In this document: piece by piece, positions 24,536 through 33,409 of the stretch
Numbering within the stretch: the first letter of the stretch is position 1
Layout: each line of letters begins with the position of its first letter
DNA from: Escherichia phage SD2
Reading direction: 5' to 3' (one strand)
Sequence record: PQ821640
DNA length: 64,000 nt
Made by a program: the position numbers and the translations under genes
Notes under the pieces: generated by a model
Told to the model about the DNA's origin: nothing
Database searches by the model: none
The model's input: the letters and a program-made list of their open reading frames with translations, nothing else

Positions 24536-25942
24536 ATGGCAACTTTTCGTGATAAGGTAGTTTCCGTAACCCTTACCTACGGTGCTACTTCAATTAGTGA
24601 AACACAGTTTGATATCCCTCTAATTCTTACAGGGCATAACGTTACTGGCAATCTTGTAGATTATTTCACTTCTTCAGACGCACTTCTGCAAGCAGGTTTT
24701 GGCACTGCCGATCCAGCTTATAAAATGGCAAAACTACTATTTGACGGTCTGTTCGCACCAGAACAAGTTATCGTCGGTAAGCGTGATGTTTCTAAAACAA
24801 CTCTAACTCCAGTAGTTGAAGATAGTGCAACTTACGTTATCACTATTAAAGCAAATTCAAAAAGCAAGGACTTCAAGTTTGTTGCCGATGATACTGCAAC
24901 TGCTCAAGAGATTGTTGTTGGTTTAACAGAAATGATCAACGCAGACATGGTGTATAAAGAATTCTTCACTGTGTCAAACGATGGTAGTGTTATCACTGTA
25001 ACCCCAGTTGCAGGTAAATACGCTACTATGGATAGTTCAGGATTCACAACTAAAGTAGAATATGCAAATGATATCTTAGAAGATATTGCTAAAATTGCAG
25101 ATTATGAAAACAGTTGGTTCTGGTTACTATCTGATTCTCACGCAGAACAAGATATTATCGATCTAGCAGGTTATGTAGAAGAGCACGATAAAGTGTATTT
25201 CTTCTCTACCTCGCAACCAGGTGTTCTAACTAAACAAGAAGATAACATTCTAGAACGCTTAGGTGATATGGGCTACAATAACACTTGTATGGCATTGTGG
25301 ATGACTAACGCTGATACAGTGTTCCCAGAAGCTGCTGTAGTTGGTTCTATCTGCTCTGCAACACCAGGTACTACTACCCTGCATGGTAAAACCCTTGTTG
25401 GTATCGAGATTGAAAAACTTGGTCAGACAGCAGAAAACTTTATCGTTCAACAGAATGGTAATATTTACCGTAAAGAACACGGTGTTCTGTTCTACCGTGA
25501 TGGTTTCATGGTTAGTGGTTTTTATGTTGACTATGTGGTACACGCTCTGTGGTTCAAAGCTCGTGTAGAAGAATCTCTGTTCGCTCTATTTAAACAGCAA
25601 TCTATGCTTGGTAGTGGTGTTAGAGCAACTTCTGCTGGTCTTGCTTTGATTCGTCAGGCTGTTACTGCAAACCCAATCCAAGTAGGTATTAACAATGGTT
25701 CTATTGCCAATGAGGTAGTAACTTCAGAGGAAACAGGACTTCTGGTAAGCCTTAAACCTACTATCTATATCCCATCTCGTGCAGATATGACTGATGCTCA
25801 AATCAATGCACGTTTGGTTGATGGTATGGTTATTGAATACGTATATGCTGGATTCTTCCACTATGTTAAAGTGCAGGTAAACGTTCTGACGAACCGCACT
25901 GCAAATAGCCAGAATTCCAATAGCTCTACTGTATCTTCATAA
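24536..25942 (+). CDS. tail sheath protein (by position and size)
   Basis: 468-aa ORF behind AGGAG, hairpin after stop, followed by a tube-sized gene. Confidence 0.5.
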   Translation: MATFRDKVVSVTLTYGATSISETQFDIPLILTGHNVTGNLVDYFTSSDALLQAGFGTADPAYKMAKLLFDGLFAPEQVIVGKRDVSKTTLTPVVEDSATYVITIKANSKSKDFKFVADDTATAQEIVVGLTEMINADMVYKEFFTVSNDGSVITVTPVAGKYATMDSSGFTTKVEYANDILEDIAKIADYENSWFWLLSDSHAEQDIIDLAGYVEEHDKVYFFSTSQPGVLTKQEDNILERLGDMGYNNTCMALWMTNADTVFPEAAVVGSICSATPGTTTLHGKTLVGIEIEKLGQTAENFIVQQNGNIYRKEHGVLFYRDGFMVSGFYVDYVVHALWFKARVEESLFALFKQQSMLGSGVRATSAGLALIRQAVTANPIQVGINNGSIANEVVTSEETGLLVSLKPTIYIPSRADMTDAQINARLVDGMVIEYVYAGFFHYVKVQVNVLTNRTANSQNSNSSTVSS

Positions 25943-25950
25943 TTAAAAGC

Positions 25951-25970
25951 AGCGGGGGAAACCCCGCTTA
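25951..25970 (+). terminator. hairpin, terminator-like
   Basis: AGCGGGG-GAAA-CCCCGCT stem-loop; weak T-run. Confidence 0.4.
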
Positions 25971-26000
25971 TATGAAAAGTAGTATAAAAGGAGATCCACT

Positions 26001-26480
26001 TTGGATAAAATGCTTACTGGCGTAATGGCCTATGATCCTTCTCAAGTAATCCTATCTTTGGGTGGTTGGGAACCTTGGGGTTTCGCCGCAGATACCAAAA
26101 TTGTTATTAACAAAACTAACGATATCATCAACCCATATTCAGGTACTGATGGTGACGTTTCCTTGGCGCTTAGTCGTAACCGTTTAGGTACGCTAACAAT
26201 GTCACTGCAACGTACTTCCCCAGCAAACGAAGTTCTTGCTGCTTATGCACAAACGATGTATTCTACTCGTCAAGTAGCATTTAGCGTATATCTAGAAGAC
26301 CCTCGCGGATATTATATCAGCACAATTGGTTGGATTCAAAGCCAACCGGACGACACTATTGGTGAAACTATTCAAGAAAACCAATGGGTAATTGGTCTTA
26401 AAGATGCAAGCCTACTTCGTTCTACTGTAGGTGTTGGTGTTAACGCACTTAACTCTATTAGTGCTCTAACTATTCAGTAA
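26001..26480 (+). CDS. tail tube protein (by position and size)
   Basis: 159-aa ORF (TTG start) between sheath and chaperone genes. Confidence 0.45.
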   Translation: MDKMLTGVMAYDPSQVILSLGGWEPWGFAADTKIVINKTNDIINPYSGTDGDVSLALSRNRLGTLTMSLQRTSPANEVLAAYAQTMYSTRQVAFSVYLEDPRGYYISTIGWIQSQPDDTIGETIQENQWVIGLKDASLLRSTVGVGVNALNSISALTIQ

Positions 26481-26483
26481 TAA

Positions 26484-26509
26484 AAAGGGCAGAAATGCCC
26501 TTTATTTTT
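26484..26509 (+). terminator. rho-independent terminator
   Basis: AAAGGGCA-GAAA-TGCCCTTT hairpin plus ATTTTT. Confidence 0.6.
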
Positions 26510-26523
26510 AAAGAGAGGAAATA

Positions 26524-27006
26524 ATGGAACAACAAAAAGATAATACTATTGCAAAATTTGCTCGTCCAGAAGTAATGGTTGAAATTGATCTGGATGAAGG
26601 ACGCAGTGTAAAATTTAGAGTTCTCAAGTGGAGTCCAACTAAAGTTTTTGAAAGGATTCCAGAACTAGGTAGTGTACTGGCTGTTCCTATGACAATGTAT
26701 AATACTGCTCTTATGTCAGCAGACGAAGATCTAGAAGCTCGTATTGCTATGGCACTGATCCAATTATTCAGTGGTCTGGAAGAAAAAAACTTAGCCGCAT
26801 TCTTACGTAAAATTTTAGATGAAGTCTACACAGAAGCAGGACACAGTGTTTCCGATAATTTTGATGAATTGTTTTTTGCTCACCCAGAATTAGTTGTTGA
26901 CTTAGCTGCAAAAGTTCTTGAGGTGAACTATGCCCCTTTTTTCAAACGAGGTTTCGGAAAACTGTTGACCCAATTTCAAGGAATAGAGACTCTAGCGAAG
27001 AGTTAA
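26524..27006 (+). CDS. tail assembly chaperone (G-like)
   Basis: 160-aa acidic ORF immediately upstream of the tape measure gene. Confidence 0.45.
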   Translation: MEQQKDNTIAKFARPEVMVEIDLDEGRSVKFRVLKWSPTKVFERIPELGSVLAVPMTMYNTALMSADEDLEARIAMALIQLFSGLEEKNLAAFLRKILDEVYTEAGHSVSDNFDELFFAHPELVVDLAAKVLEVNYAPFFKRGFGKLLTQFQGIETLAKS

Positions 27007-27053
27007 GTCCGGCAATTAAATCAGCAATTGAAATTGCCTCACAAACCCTTAGC

Positions 27054-27281
27054 TTGACATGGTATGAAGTAATTCTTTGTAAGGTAATTAAGAATACCTC
27101 CGAAACCTTGTCCTCGTTAGATAATTATGGTGTAGATTATCTACTTAAAATTTATGAATATTTAACATTCGAAGACTATGTACAAGATCTTCACGTTAAA
27201 GATGCGGATATTAAACGTGGTCAACAGAGAACAATAAGAGAACTGGATACGGCTATGAAAAAATTAATTCCAGATTCATAA
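27054..27281 (+). CDS. possible chaperone extension (GT-like) or small independent ORF
   Basis: -1 frame stays open from 26970 across the end of the 26524 ORF; no canonical slippery heptamer seen. Confidence 0.3.
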   Translation: MTWYEVILCKVIKNTSETLSSLDNYGVDYLLKIYEYLTFEDYVQDLHVKDADIKRGQQRTIRELDTAMKKLIPDS

Positions 27282-27300
27282 GTAATACGGAGGATTACCC

Positions 27301-29280
27301 TTGTTAGAAATTAACACTTCCAAGATTAAGAATACAGTAACGTTTACTGTAGATAAAGACAGTTTAAAAAATACTAAAGACGCAATTAAAAACCTTAAAA
27401 CTTTTACAGAATCTATTGAACCATCTTTAAATATGACTAAAATGCGTCGTCAATTTAAAAGTATGGAAGAGTATGCTAAAAGAATAAGGCAGCAAATGTC
27501 AGGTCTTGGCGGCGGTAATCCTCCACCAATCCCACCAACCGGAGGTTCAAGAGGTGGTGGAAAAGGAGGAAGTGGTAGAGGTGGTTCTGGATCTTCTGGA
27601 GGACGTAAAACACCAGAGGAAAGAGCCGCAGAAGCCGCCGCTAAACGTGCAGCACTTGCTAATATGAAGCAAGACGATTTTAGTTTTAAAGCTATGCCTT
27701 TTACAAAAGCAGACAGCAGAATTCTAGAAAAATCTAAAAAGATTGTAGAAGAAACTGTTGAACTTTATCGTAAAGGTGTGATCACTAGCCAACAAATGAA
27801 TAATACTTTGGCTAGACAGTTAGAAGAACTACGCAGATCTCATAAAGAGAAGAATGCACAACTTCTTGATGAAGAGAGAGCTAGACGTAGAATTGCCCGT
27901 CTGCAAGAAGCAGAAGATAAAAGAAGACAGCGTATCCGAGAAAGAGAAAGAAAGGATTTCGAACGTCAGCAAAGAAGAGAGAAAGAAGCAAGACAACGCG
28001 ACAGACAACGTAAGCTATCTGGTGTAGGTAATGCTGCTATTGCTCTTAACCCTGCTATGTTTGGTGCTGCTCTTTTAGGTGCTGGTTTATATCAAGGTAT
28101 AAGCAAAATAGCTGAAAGTATCACAACTGCGGCAGAACGTATTAATATGGTTAGTAAAGGTGGTCAGAACGTACAGGTAAACCCTAATGCAATTTTAACA
28201 ATGCGTACTTGGGGTGAGATGAACGGTGTAGACTCTGCCAGCATTATTAAAGCCATTGACAATATTAAAGACGTTCGTGAACGTTTAGGTAATACTGTAC
28301 TCCACTCCGAATTTGATGAAAAATCAGGTAAATGGAAAGGTGGAGATAGTGGTATTAATGAAATCATGAACCAATTTGGTTGGTCGAAAGAAGACGTTGC
28401 TAAATTCCAGAACAGACCTTTAGATTTTGTTCAAGCACTTGTTAATGAAGGTCAAAAAAGAGGAATGAACTCCGCGCAAATTGGTCGTTTGATGGAAAAC
28501 CTTGGTGATGACTTAATGCACTACCAACGTATGTTTTTGGATAACGGTAAAGAGTACATGAAAGTCTTGGATATGTTAAAAAATTCAGGAGCAACTCTTA
28601 ACGATGAAAACATCAAAGCAGCACAAGATTTTGTTAAGCTGAGAGCACAAATTAGTGCAGCAGGAGAAGGTTTTACCAATAACTTACTTATAGGATTCAT
28701 GGATGGTTTAAAATCTGCACCAGATTTTGCAGAGAATATGAAAACTTTCCAAGAAGCTGCTCGTGGTCTTGGTGAAATGTCTGGTAGTATTGTAAGTAGC
28801 CTTGCAAAAATTGCGAAATATTTCCTTGATTTTTCAAATAAGGTTGGGCCAAAAAACAATTCTAAAGAAGCTGTAAGAGATTATTATAATGGTACGCAGT
28901 ATGGGTACGATGCACAGGTTGGTGGTAATCCTTGGGCTTATTGGCCTATTGGAAGAGATCAACATAAACCTGAAAATCAACCTTTAGGTGACTTTGATAG
29001 TAGTTTCTTAACTAGTGCCTTAAACCCAAGTGCTTCTAGTATCGGTTACAATAGACCTGATTTAACAGCATCTATGCTAACACCACGCCAAGGTGTTCCA
29101 GTACCATTAAGTGTAGAGAATACGGTTGTTATCCCAGACAACGCATTCCAGATTAATGTTATTCCAGATGGCTATGGTTTTAGTAATTATCTAGATGCGA
29201 CAATGAATACCAGTTTTAGTAACTTCTCACAAGGTTTAACTCTTCAGTTAAGCAGTGGACAATCTTCTACTGGTGGTTAA
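27301..29280 (+). CDS. tail tape measure protein
   Basis: 659 aa, glycine-rich tract, charged helical RRQR repeats, hydrophobic segment; TTG start behind GGAGGA. Confidence 0.6.
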   Translation: MLEINTSKIKNTVTFTVDKDSLKNTKDAIKNLKTFTESIEPSLNMTKMRRQFKSMEEYAKRIRQQMSGLGGGNPPPIPPTGGSRGGGKGGSGRGGSGSSGGRKTPEERAAEAAAKRAALANMKQDDFSFKAMPFTKADSRILEKSKKIVEETVELYRKGVITSQQMNNTLARQLEELRRSHKEKNAQLLDEERARRRIARLQEAEDKRRQRIRERERKDFERQQRREKEARQRDRQRKLSGVGNAAIALNPAMFGAALLGAGLYQGISKIAESITTAAERINMVSKGGQNVQVNPNAILTMRTWGEMNGVDSASIIKAIDNIKDVRERLGNTVLHSEFDEKSGKWKGGDSGINEIMNQFGWSKEDVAKFQNRPLDFVQALVNEGQKRGMNSAQIGRLMENLGDDLMHYQRMFLDNGKEYMKVLDMLKNSGATLNDENIKAAQDFVKLRAQISAAGEGFTNNLLIGFMDGLKSAPDFAENMKTFQEAARGLGEMSGSIVSSLAKIAKYFLDFSNKVGPKNNSKEAVRDYYNGTQYGYDAQVGGNPWAYWPIGRDQHKPENQPLGDFDSSFLTSALNPSASSIGYNRPDLTASMLTPRQGVPVPLSVENTVVIPDNAFQINVIPDGYGFSNYLDATMNTSFSNFSQGLTLQLSSGQSSTGG

Positions 29281-29286
29281 TGCATA

Positions 29287-29312
29287 AAGCCTCGCTTCGG
29301 CGGGGCTTTTTA
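29287..29312 (+). terminator. rho-independent terminator
   Basis: AAGCCTCGC-TTCG-GCGGGGCTT hairpin plus TTTTTA. Confidence 0.6.
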
Positions 29313-29318
29313 TTTGTC

Positions 29319-29347
29319 TTGACAAAGAGTTGTTTTTCGTGATAAAA
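29319..29347 (+). promoter_or_regulatory. sigma70-like promoter (TTGACA-N17-ATAAAA)
   Basis: Consensus -35 right after the terminator. Confidence 0.35.
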
Positions 29348-29395
29348 TGAGTGATAAGGGAGAATGTTTCTTATCACATTAAGAGGTAAAATTAT

Positions 29396-30106
29396 ATGGC
29401 AGCAAACACTCCAGAACAACACGTTCAAGCGGTTTATAAAGCGGAACAAGATATAAACTCTACAAAAAACACAAATAACTCTGCCTCTACTGTGAAAGGG
29501 GAGAATGGTTTTTGTATTTTAGCAAGCGTTTACAATAGTGCAAGTGATCAATATATTCAAAACTACCAAGCTATAGTTTTTGATGCTGTTCCAAATATCG
29601 GTGTAAAACGTCAAGCAGATGTAACTAGTTATCCTGTAGAAAATGGAGCTAACGTATCTGATCACGTTCAAGTTAAAAATAATACTTTCTCTTTATCAGG
29701 AATGATTACAGAGACACCTGTGAGATTGATGCGAGATATGCTATATAGTGCTGGTGTTAACGGTACTCGTATCAGTCAAGCAATTACTTACTTAGATAAA
29801 ATATTTGATGAAAGACAGCCTATCATTTTAATAACAGAACATAAGGTGTATGAGAATGTTATTTTGAAAGGCATATCATACGAATATCAAACAGAATATG
29901 CAATGCAATTTGACTTGGAATTTGAACAAGTAAGATTAGTTTCTTACGGAGAAACCAACGCTATTGCACTTAAGACAAAACCAAATAAGAATACAGGTGT
30001 TAAAAACAAGAAAGGTACTAGTCCAGATGCTGATTTGGATGCAAGAACAGGGAAAGCAACTGGTACAGAACATCTTAGTGATCACAGTGCAGATGGTAAA
30101 AAATAA
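29396..30106 (+). CDS. tail or baseplate structural protein
   Basis: 236-aa ORF at start of baseplate cluster. Confidence 0.35.
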   Translation: MAANTPEQHVQAVYKAEQDINSTKNTNNSASTVKGENGFCILASVYNSASDQYIQNYQAIVFDAVPNIGVKRQADVTSYPVENGANVSDHVQVKNNTFSLSGMITETPVRLMRDMLYSAGVNGTRISQAITYLDKIFDERQPIILITEHKVYENVILKGISYEYQTEYAMQFDLEFEQVRLVSYGETNAIALKTKPNKNTGVKNKKGTSPDADLDARTGKATGTEHLSDHSADGKK

Positions 30107-30117
30107 GGAGAAAATTT

Positions 30118-30537
30118 TTGGCTATTTCATCTTATTCAAAGATCAGTAGAAGCACATCTAATAGTGGCTACAATGCAGTATTTATTGATCGAAATTTAGG
30201 TTATTATTCTTGGTACTTACCTACAGAACAGTACCCAGACCAAACATATACGGTAACTCTCGATGGAGTAGATTATGATATACGTTTGAGATGGAATACA
30301 AGAGATCAAGCGTGGCAAATGCAATTAGGATTATCAGGAGACAACCCTAGTGTAACTTTTAAAGTAACCAATGGTTTAGATCTTCTAGAACCATATAAGT
30401 ATATAGAATCTGTGCCGGATGGTCAACTCTATTTGGTAGATACTGTTAAAATAAACGGTAGACCTAATTACTATGACACAGGTGTAGATAAAAGATTTGC
30501 TTTGGTTTATATCGACGCTCTTCCATATCAAGCATGA
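30118..30537 (+). CDS. tail or baseplate structural protein
   Basis: 139-aa ORF, TTG start behind AAGGAG. Confidence 0.35.
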   Translation: MAISSYSKISRSTSNSGYNAVFIDRNLGYYSWYLPTEQYPDQTYTVTLDGVDYDIRLRWNTRDQAWQMQLGLSGDNPSVTFKVTNGLDLLEPYKYIESVPDGQLYLVDTVKINGRPNYYDTGVDKRFALVYIDALPYQA

Positions 30538-30553
30538 TAAAAGGAGTTTTTAA

Positions 30554-31564
30554 ATGGCAGAAGAAAGAAATTACACAAAAGCTCCTGCACCCAATCTAAA
30601 CAGAGCATACAAACTGTTAATAGGTACAGCTACTAATACTAAAGAAAAAAGGACAAAAAATTCCTCTTTCAAATCTACAGTAGACTTAGATACTAAACTA
30701 GGGGATGCTAAAAAATCAACCCCTAATTTGTATGTTATTACGGAGCACCAAATATCTTTCACAATAAGAAAAGATAATAATAAAGATCCTAATCAAGCCG
30801 AGATAACTATTTATAACCTAAGTGATGATACTGTTAATTATATTAACAAAGGTATTCGTAACAACTTGGCTGTTGCTTTGGCAGTAGGTTATGAAGGTCA
30901 AGAGTTAATTATGATCTTTAAGGGAACGGTGCAATGGGTGAGTGATACTTTTAACAATACAGACAGACGTACAGTGTTACATTGTCTGGATGGTGGTATT
31001 AACATCTCCGAAGCAAGGACAAGCAGAAGTTATCCGAAAGGTACAAAAGTAAGTAAGGTTGTTAAAGATTTGGTTAAAGATTTAGGTACTACAGAAGGTA
31101 ATATTCACGTAGACACAGAGAAAACTTTATCATCTGCAACAGCTATGTGTGGGAACACATCACATTACTTAGAAAGTATCTGTAAAGGTATTGATCATAA
31201 TGTGTCAATACAAGACGGATCTGTTTACGTAACACCAAGATCACAAATGTCTAGTGCAAGATGCGCATATATTAGTGCAGAAACAGGTTTAATTGGTAGT
31301 CCAGAACCTTTCCACAATGATATTAAACCGACACAAAAAGTAACCAAATCTTCTAAGAAAGCTAAAAAGCCTACAGATGGTGTTAAGTTCAGATGTGAAA
31401 TGAACGGTGCTATCCTACCAGAAAAAACTGTTTGGCTCAAGAGCCATAACTACGATGGTGGTTTTAAGGTAGTATCTGTTGTTCATACAGGAGATAGGGA
31501 AGGTAAAGACTGGACAACTGAAGTAGAGTCTGTATCTGTATCTGCAATTATTAAGAAGGGCTAG
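30554..31564 (+). CDS. baseplate hub-like protein
   Basis: 336-aa ORF preceding the spike and wedge genes. Confidence 0.35.
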   Translation: MAEERNYTKAPAPNLNRAYKLLIGTATNTKEKRTKNSSFKSTVDLDTKLGDAKKSTPNLYVITEHQISFTIRKDNNKDPNQAEITIYNLSDDTVNYINKGIRNNLAVALAVGYEGQELIMIFKGTVQWVSDTFNNTDRRTVLHCLDGGINISEARTSRSYPKGTKVSKVVKDLVKDLGTTEGNIHVDTEKTLSSATAMCGNTSHYLESICKGIDHNVSIQDGSVYVTPRSQMSSARCAYISAETGLIGSPEPFHNDIKPTQKVTKSSKKAKKPTDGVKFRCEMNGAILPEKTVWLKSHNYDGGFKVVSVVHTGDREGKDWTTEVESVSVSAIIKKG

Positions 31565-31566
31565 AA

Positions 31567-32304
31567 ATGGATGCTTTAAATTTTGTAACAGCAATCCGTG
31601 GATTAATCAACGAGCAAGTTGCGGAAGTACATACATCTTTACCTGTAAGGGTAATTGGTGTAGATTATGGATCTAAGACAGTAACTTTAGAATCTATCGT
31701 AAAAAATACCAGATCTACTGAAGATGAAATAGATTACCCAACATTCCACGATGTTCCTTTTATGGTAAATGGTGGTGGTACAGGTAGAATTTCATTTCCA
31801 ATTAAAGCAGGAGATATTGGTGTTGTTGTCTTTTCAGAAAGAGATCCGTCAAACGCTTTCCAGACAGACGGGGATACAGCCAGCAGCGGAACATTAATTC
31901 AACCTTGTGGTTTGTATCCAGCCTGTTTTATTCCTAAGATAGCAACAGCTACAGATTCTTCAGAAGAAGTAGATTCTGAAAAAGTTGTTATCTCAAATAA
32001 TAAGCAAACTTACGCTTCGTTTGATCCTAACGGTAATATATCTGTGTACAACACACAAGGTATGAAAATAGATATGACACCAAACAGTATCGTTCTTACT
32101 GATGCAGGAGGAGGAAAACTTACACTGCAAGGTGGGACTATGACATATAAAGGTGGTACTGTAAATTTAAACGGTTTAACAATCACACCTGACGGTCGTA
32201 TGAAAGATAGTGGTGGCATTGGTTTACACACACATACACACCCTGTACGCGGTGTTGAAACTGGTGGTAGCACTGTTACTTCCGACAAACCAAATGGAGG
32301 TTAA
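31567..32304 (+). CDS. baseplate spike protein (gpV/gp5 N-domain-like)
   Basis: N-terminal pattern PVRVIGVDYGSKTVTLE...IKAGDIGVVVFSERD typical of gpV OB-fold; Gly-rich C-terminus. Confidence 0.5.
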   Translation: MDALNFVTAIRGLINEQVAEVHTSLPVRVIGVDYGSKTVTLESIVKNTRSTEDEIDYPTFHDVPFMVNGGGTGRISFPIKAGDIGVVVFSERDPSNAFQTDGDTASSGTLIQPCGLYPACFIPKIATATDSSEEVDSEKVVISNNKQTYASFDPNGNISVYNTQGMKIDMTPNSIVLTDAGGGKLTLQGGTMTYKGGTVNLNGLTITPDGRMKDSGGIGLHTHTHPVRGVETGGSTVTSDKPNGG

Positions 32305-32307
32305 CAG

Positions 32308-32943
32308 ATGGGAATACCATTTGATTTAAAACTTGATGGTTCTAACGATTTAGTAATGGTGGATGGTGATTTAACACTAACCACAACTAAAAGTGAAATT
32401 GCAGCACAGACGCTTGGAATAACACTTAGAACTTTCCGTGGAGAATGGTTCCTCAATTCTAATTTTGGGGTTCCATATCTGCAAGAGATTATTGGTGTTG
32501 CCAAGAAGAAAGAGATTGTTGATCGCATTTTCTTATCAACTATCGCAAGTAATGTTTATATAGATAATATTAATTCCTACACGTCCTCTTATGATAGAGA
32601 TGATAGGTATTACTCAATGAACGTTACTGTTACAGTTGGTGAACAAGTTGTTAGTGCGCTGTTCAGTACACAGCCGTCTGAAGAATATATTTATCCAGAA
32701 GCTGGTGATGATAATGCAGCAATCACTTGTGAAGCATTTGAAATTGTTGAATCTGCAAATAGACTCTATCGCTTTATTAACATTGTTGGTCTTCCTAAAG
32801 ATACTTATTCTACTTGGTGGAATGAATGGTCTAACGAGGCATTGCTTGAAAAATACCTTGTTAACGAAGCCAATAAAGGTCTTGCAACCAATTACAACTA
32901 TGCTATAACAGCAACAATGGGAGCTACAAATAATAATGGCTGA
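32308..32943 (+). CDS. baseplate wedge protein (gp25/gpW-like)
   Basis: N-terminal GIPFDLKLDG...DLVMVDGDL...EIAAQTLGITLRT pattern of gp25-like proteins. Confidence 0.45.
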   Translation: MGIPFDLKLDGSNDLVMVDGDLTLTTTKSEIAAQTLGITLRTFRGEWFLNSNFGVPYLQEIIGVAKKKEIVDRIFLSTIASNVYIDNINSYTSSYDRDDRYYSMNVTVTVGEQVVSALFSTQPSEEYIYPEAGDDNAAITCEAFEIVESANRLYRFINIVGLPKDTYSTWWNEWSNEALLEKYLVNEANKGLATNYNYAITATMGATNNNG

Positions 32944-33409
32944 TTTAACTACAATCAAGGTGTCTGATCTACCTGTAACAACATCTGTTTCAGACACAGA
33001 TTATTTTGTAACAGATCAATCAGGTATCACTAAGAAAACATCATTACGTGTTCTTCTTGCGGGTGCTGGTGTTACACGAAATCGTCTTTCTGCAAGGGGT
33101 ACTGTCACAAATACCCTAGCTTTAGATATTAGCACGGCAGAGTATTTCTCTGCCACTTTATCTAGTCCAACTTGCAGTATTTCATTTAGTAATGTTCCAG
33201 TTACAACTAACATTGTTCAAAACTTTACTCTATCCCTACGTCAAGGAAGTGGAGCAAATAAAGTAACGTGGCCTCAATCTGTTAAATGGAGTTTTGGTCG
33301 CGCTCCTGTTTTGAGTTATAAACAGGGAGCTACAGATATTTTTGAATTTGTTAGTTATGATAATGGAGCTACCTGGATAGGTAGTTTAGTGATGGCAGGA
33401 GTGATTTAA
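32936..33409 (+). CDS. small tail fibre-related protein with fibre N-terminal motif
   Basis: N-terminus TIKVSDLPVTTSVSDTDYFVTDQ parallels the N-terminus of the 38462 tailspike. Confidence 0.4.
   Translation: MADLTTIKVSDLPVTTSVSDTDYFVTDQSGITKKTSLRVLLAGAGVTRNRLSARGTVTNTLALDISTAEYFSATLSSPTCSISFSNVPVTTNIVQNFTLSLRQGSGANKVTWPQSVKWSFGRAPVLSYKQGATDIFEFVSYDNGATWIGSLVMAGVI

Noticed and set aside
27520-27610. Glycine-rich repeat GGGNPPPIPPTGGSRGGGKGGSGRGGSGSSGG
   Set aside because: Considered as a collagen-like or repeat element; it is a low-complexity linker in the tape measure protein, not Gly-X-Y periodic.
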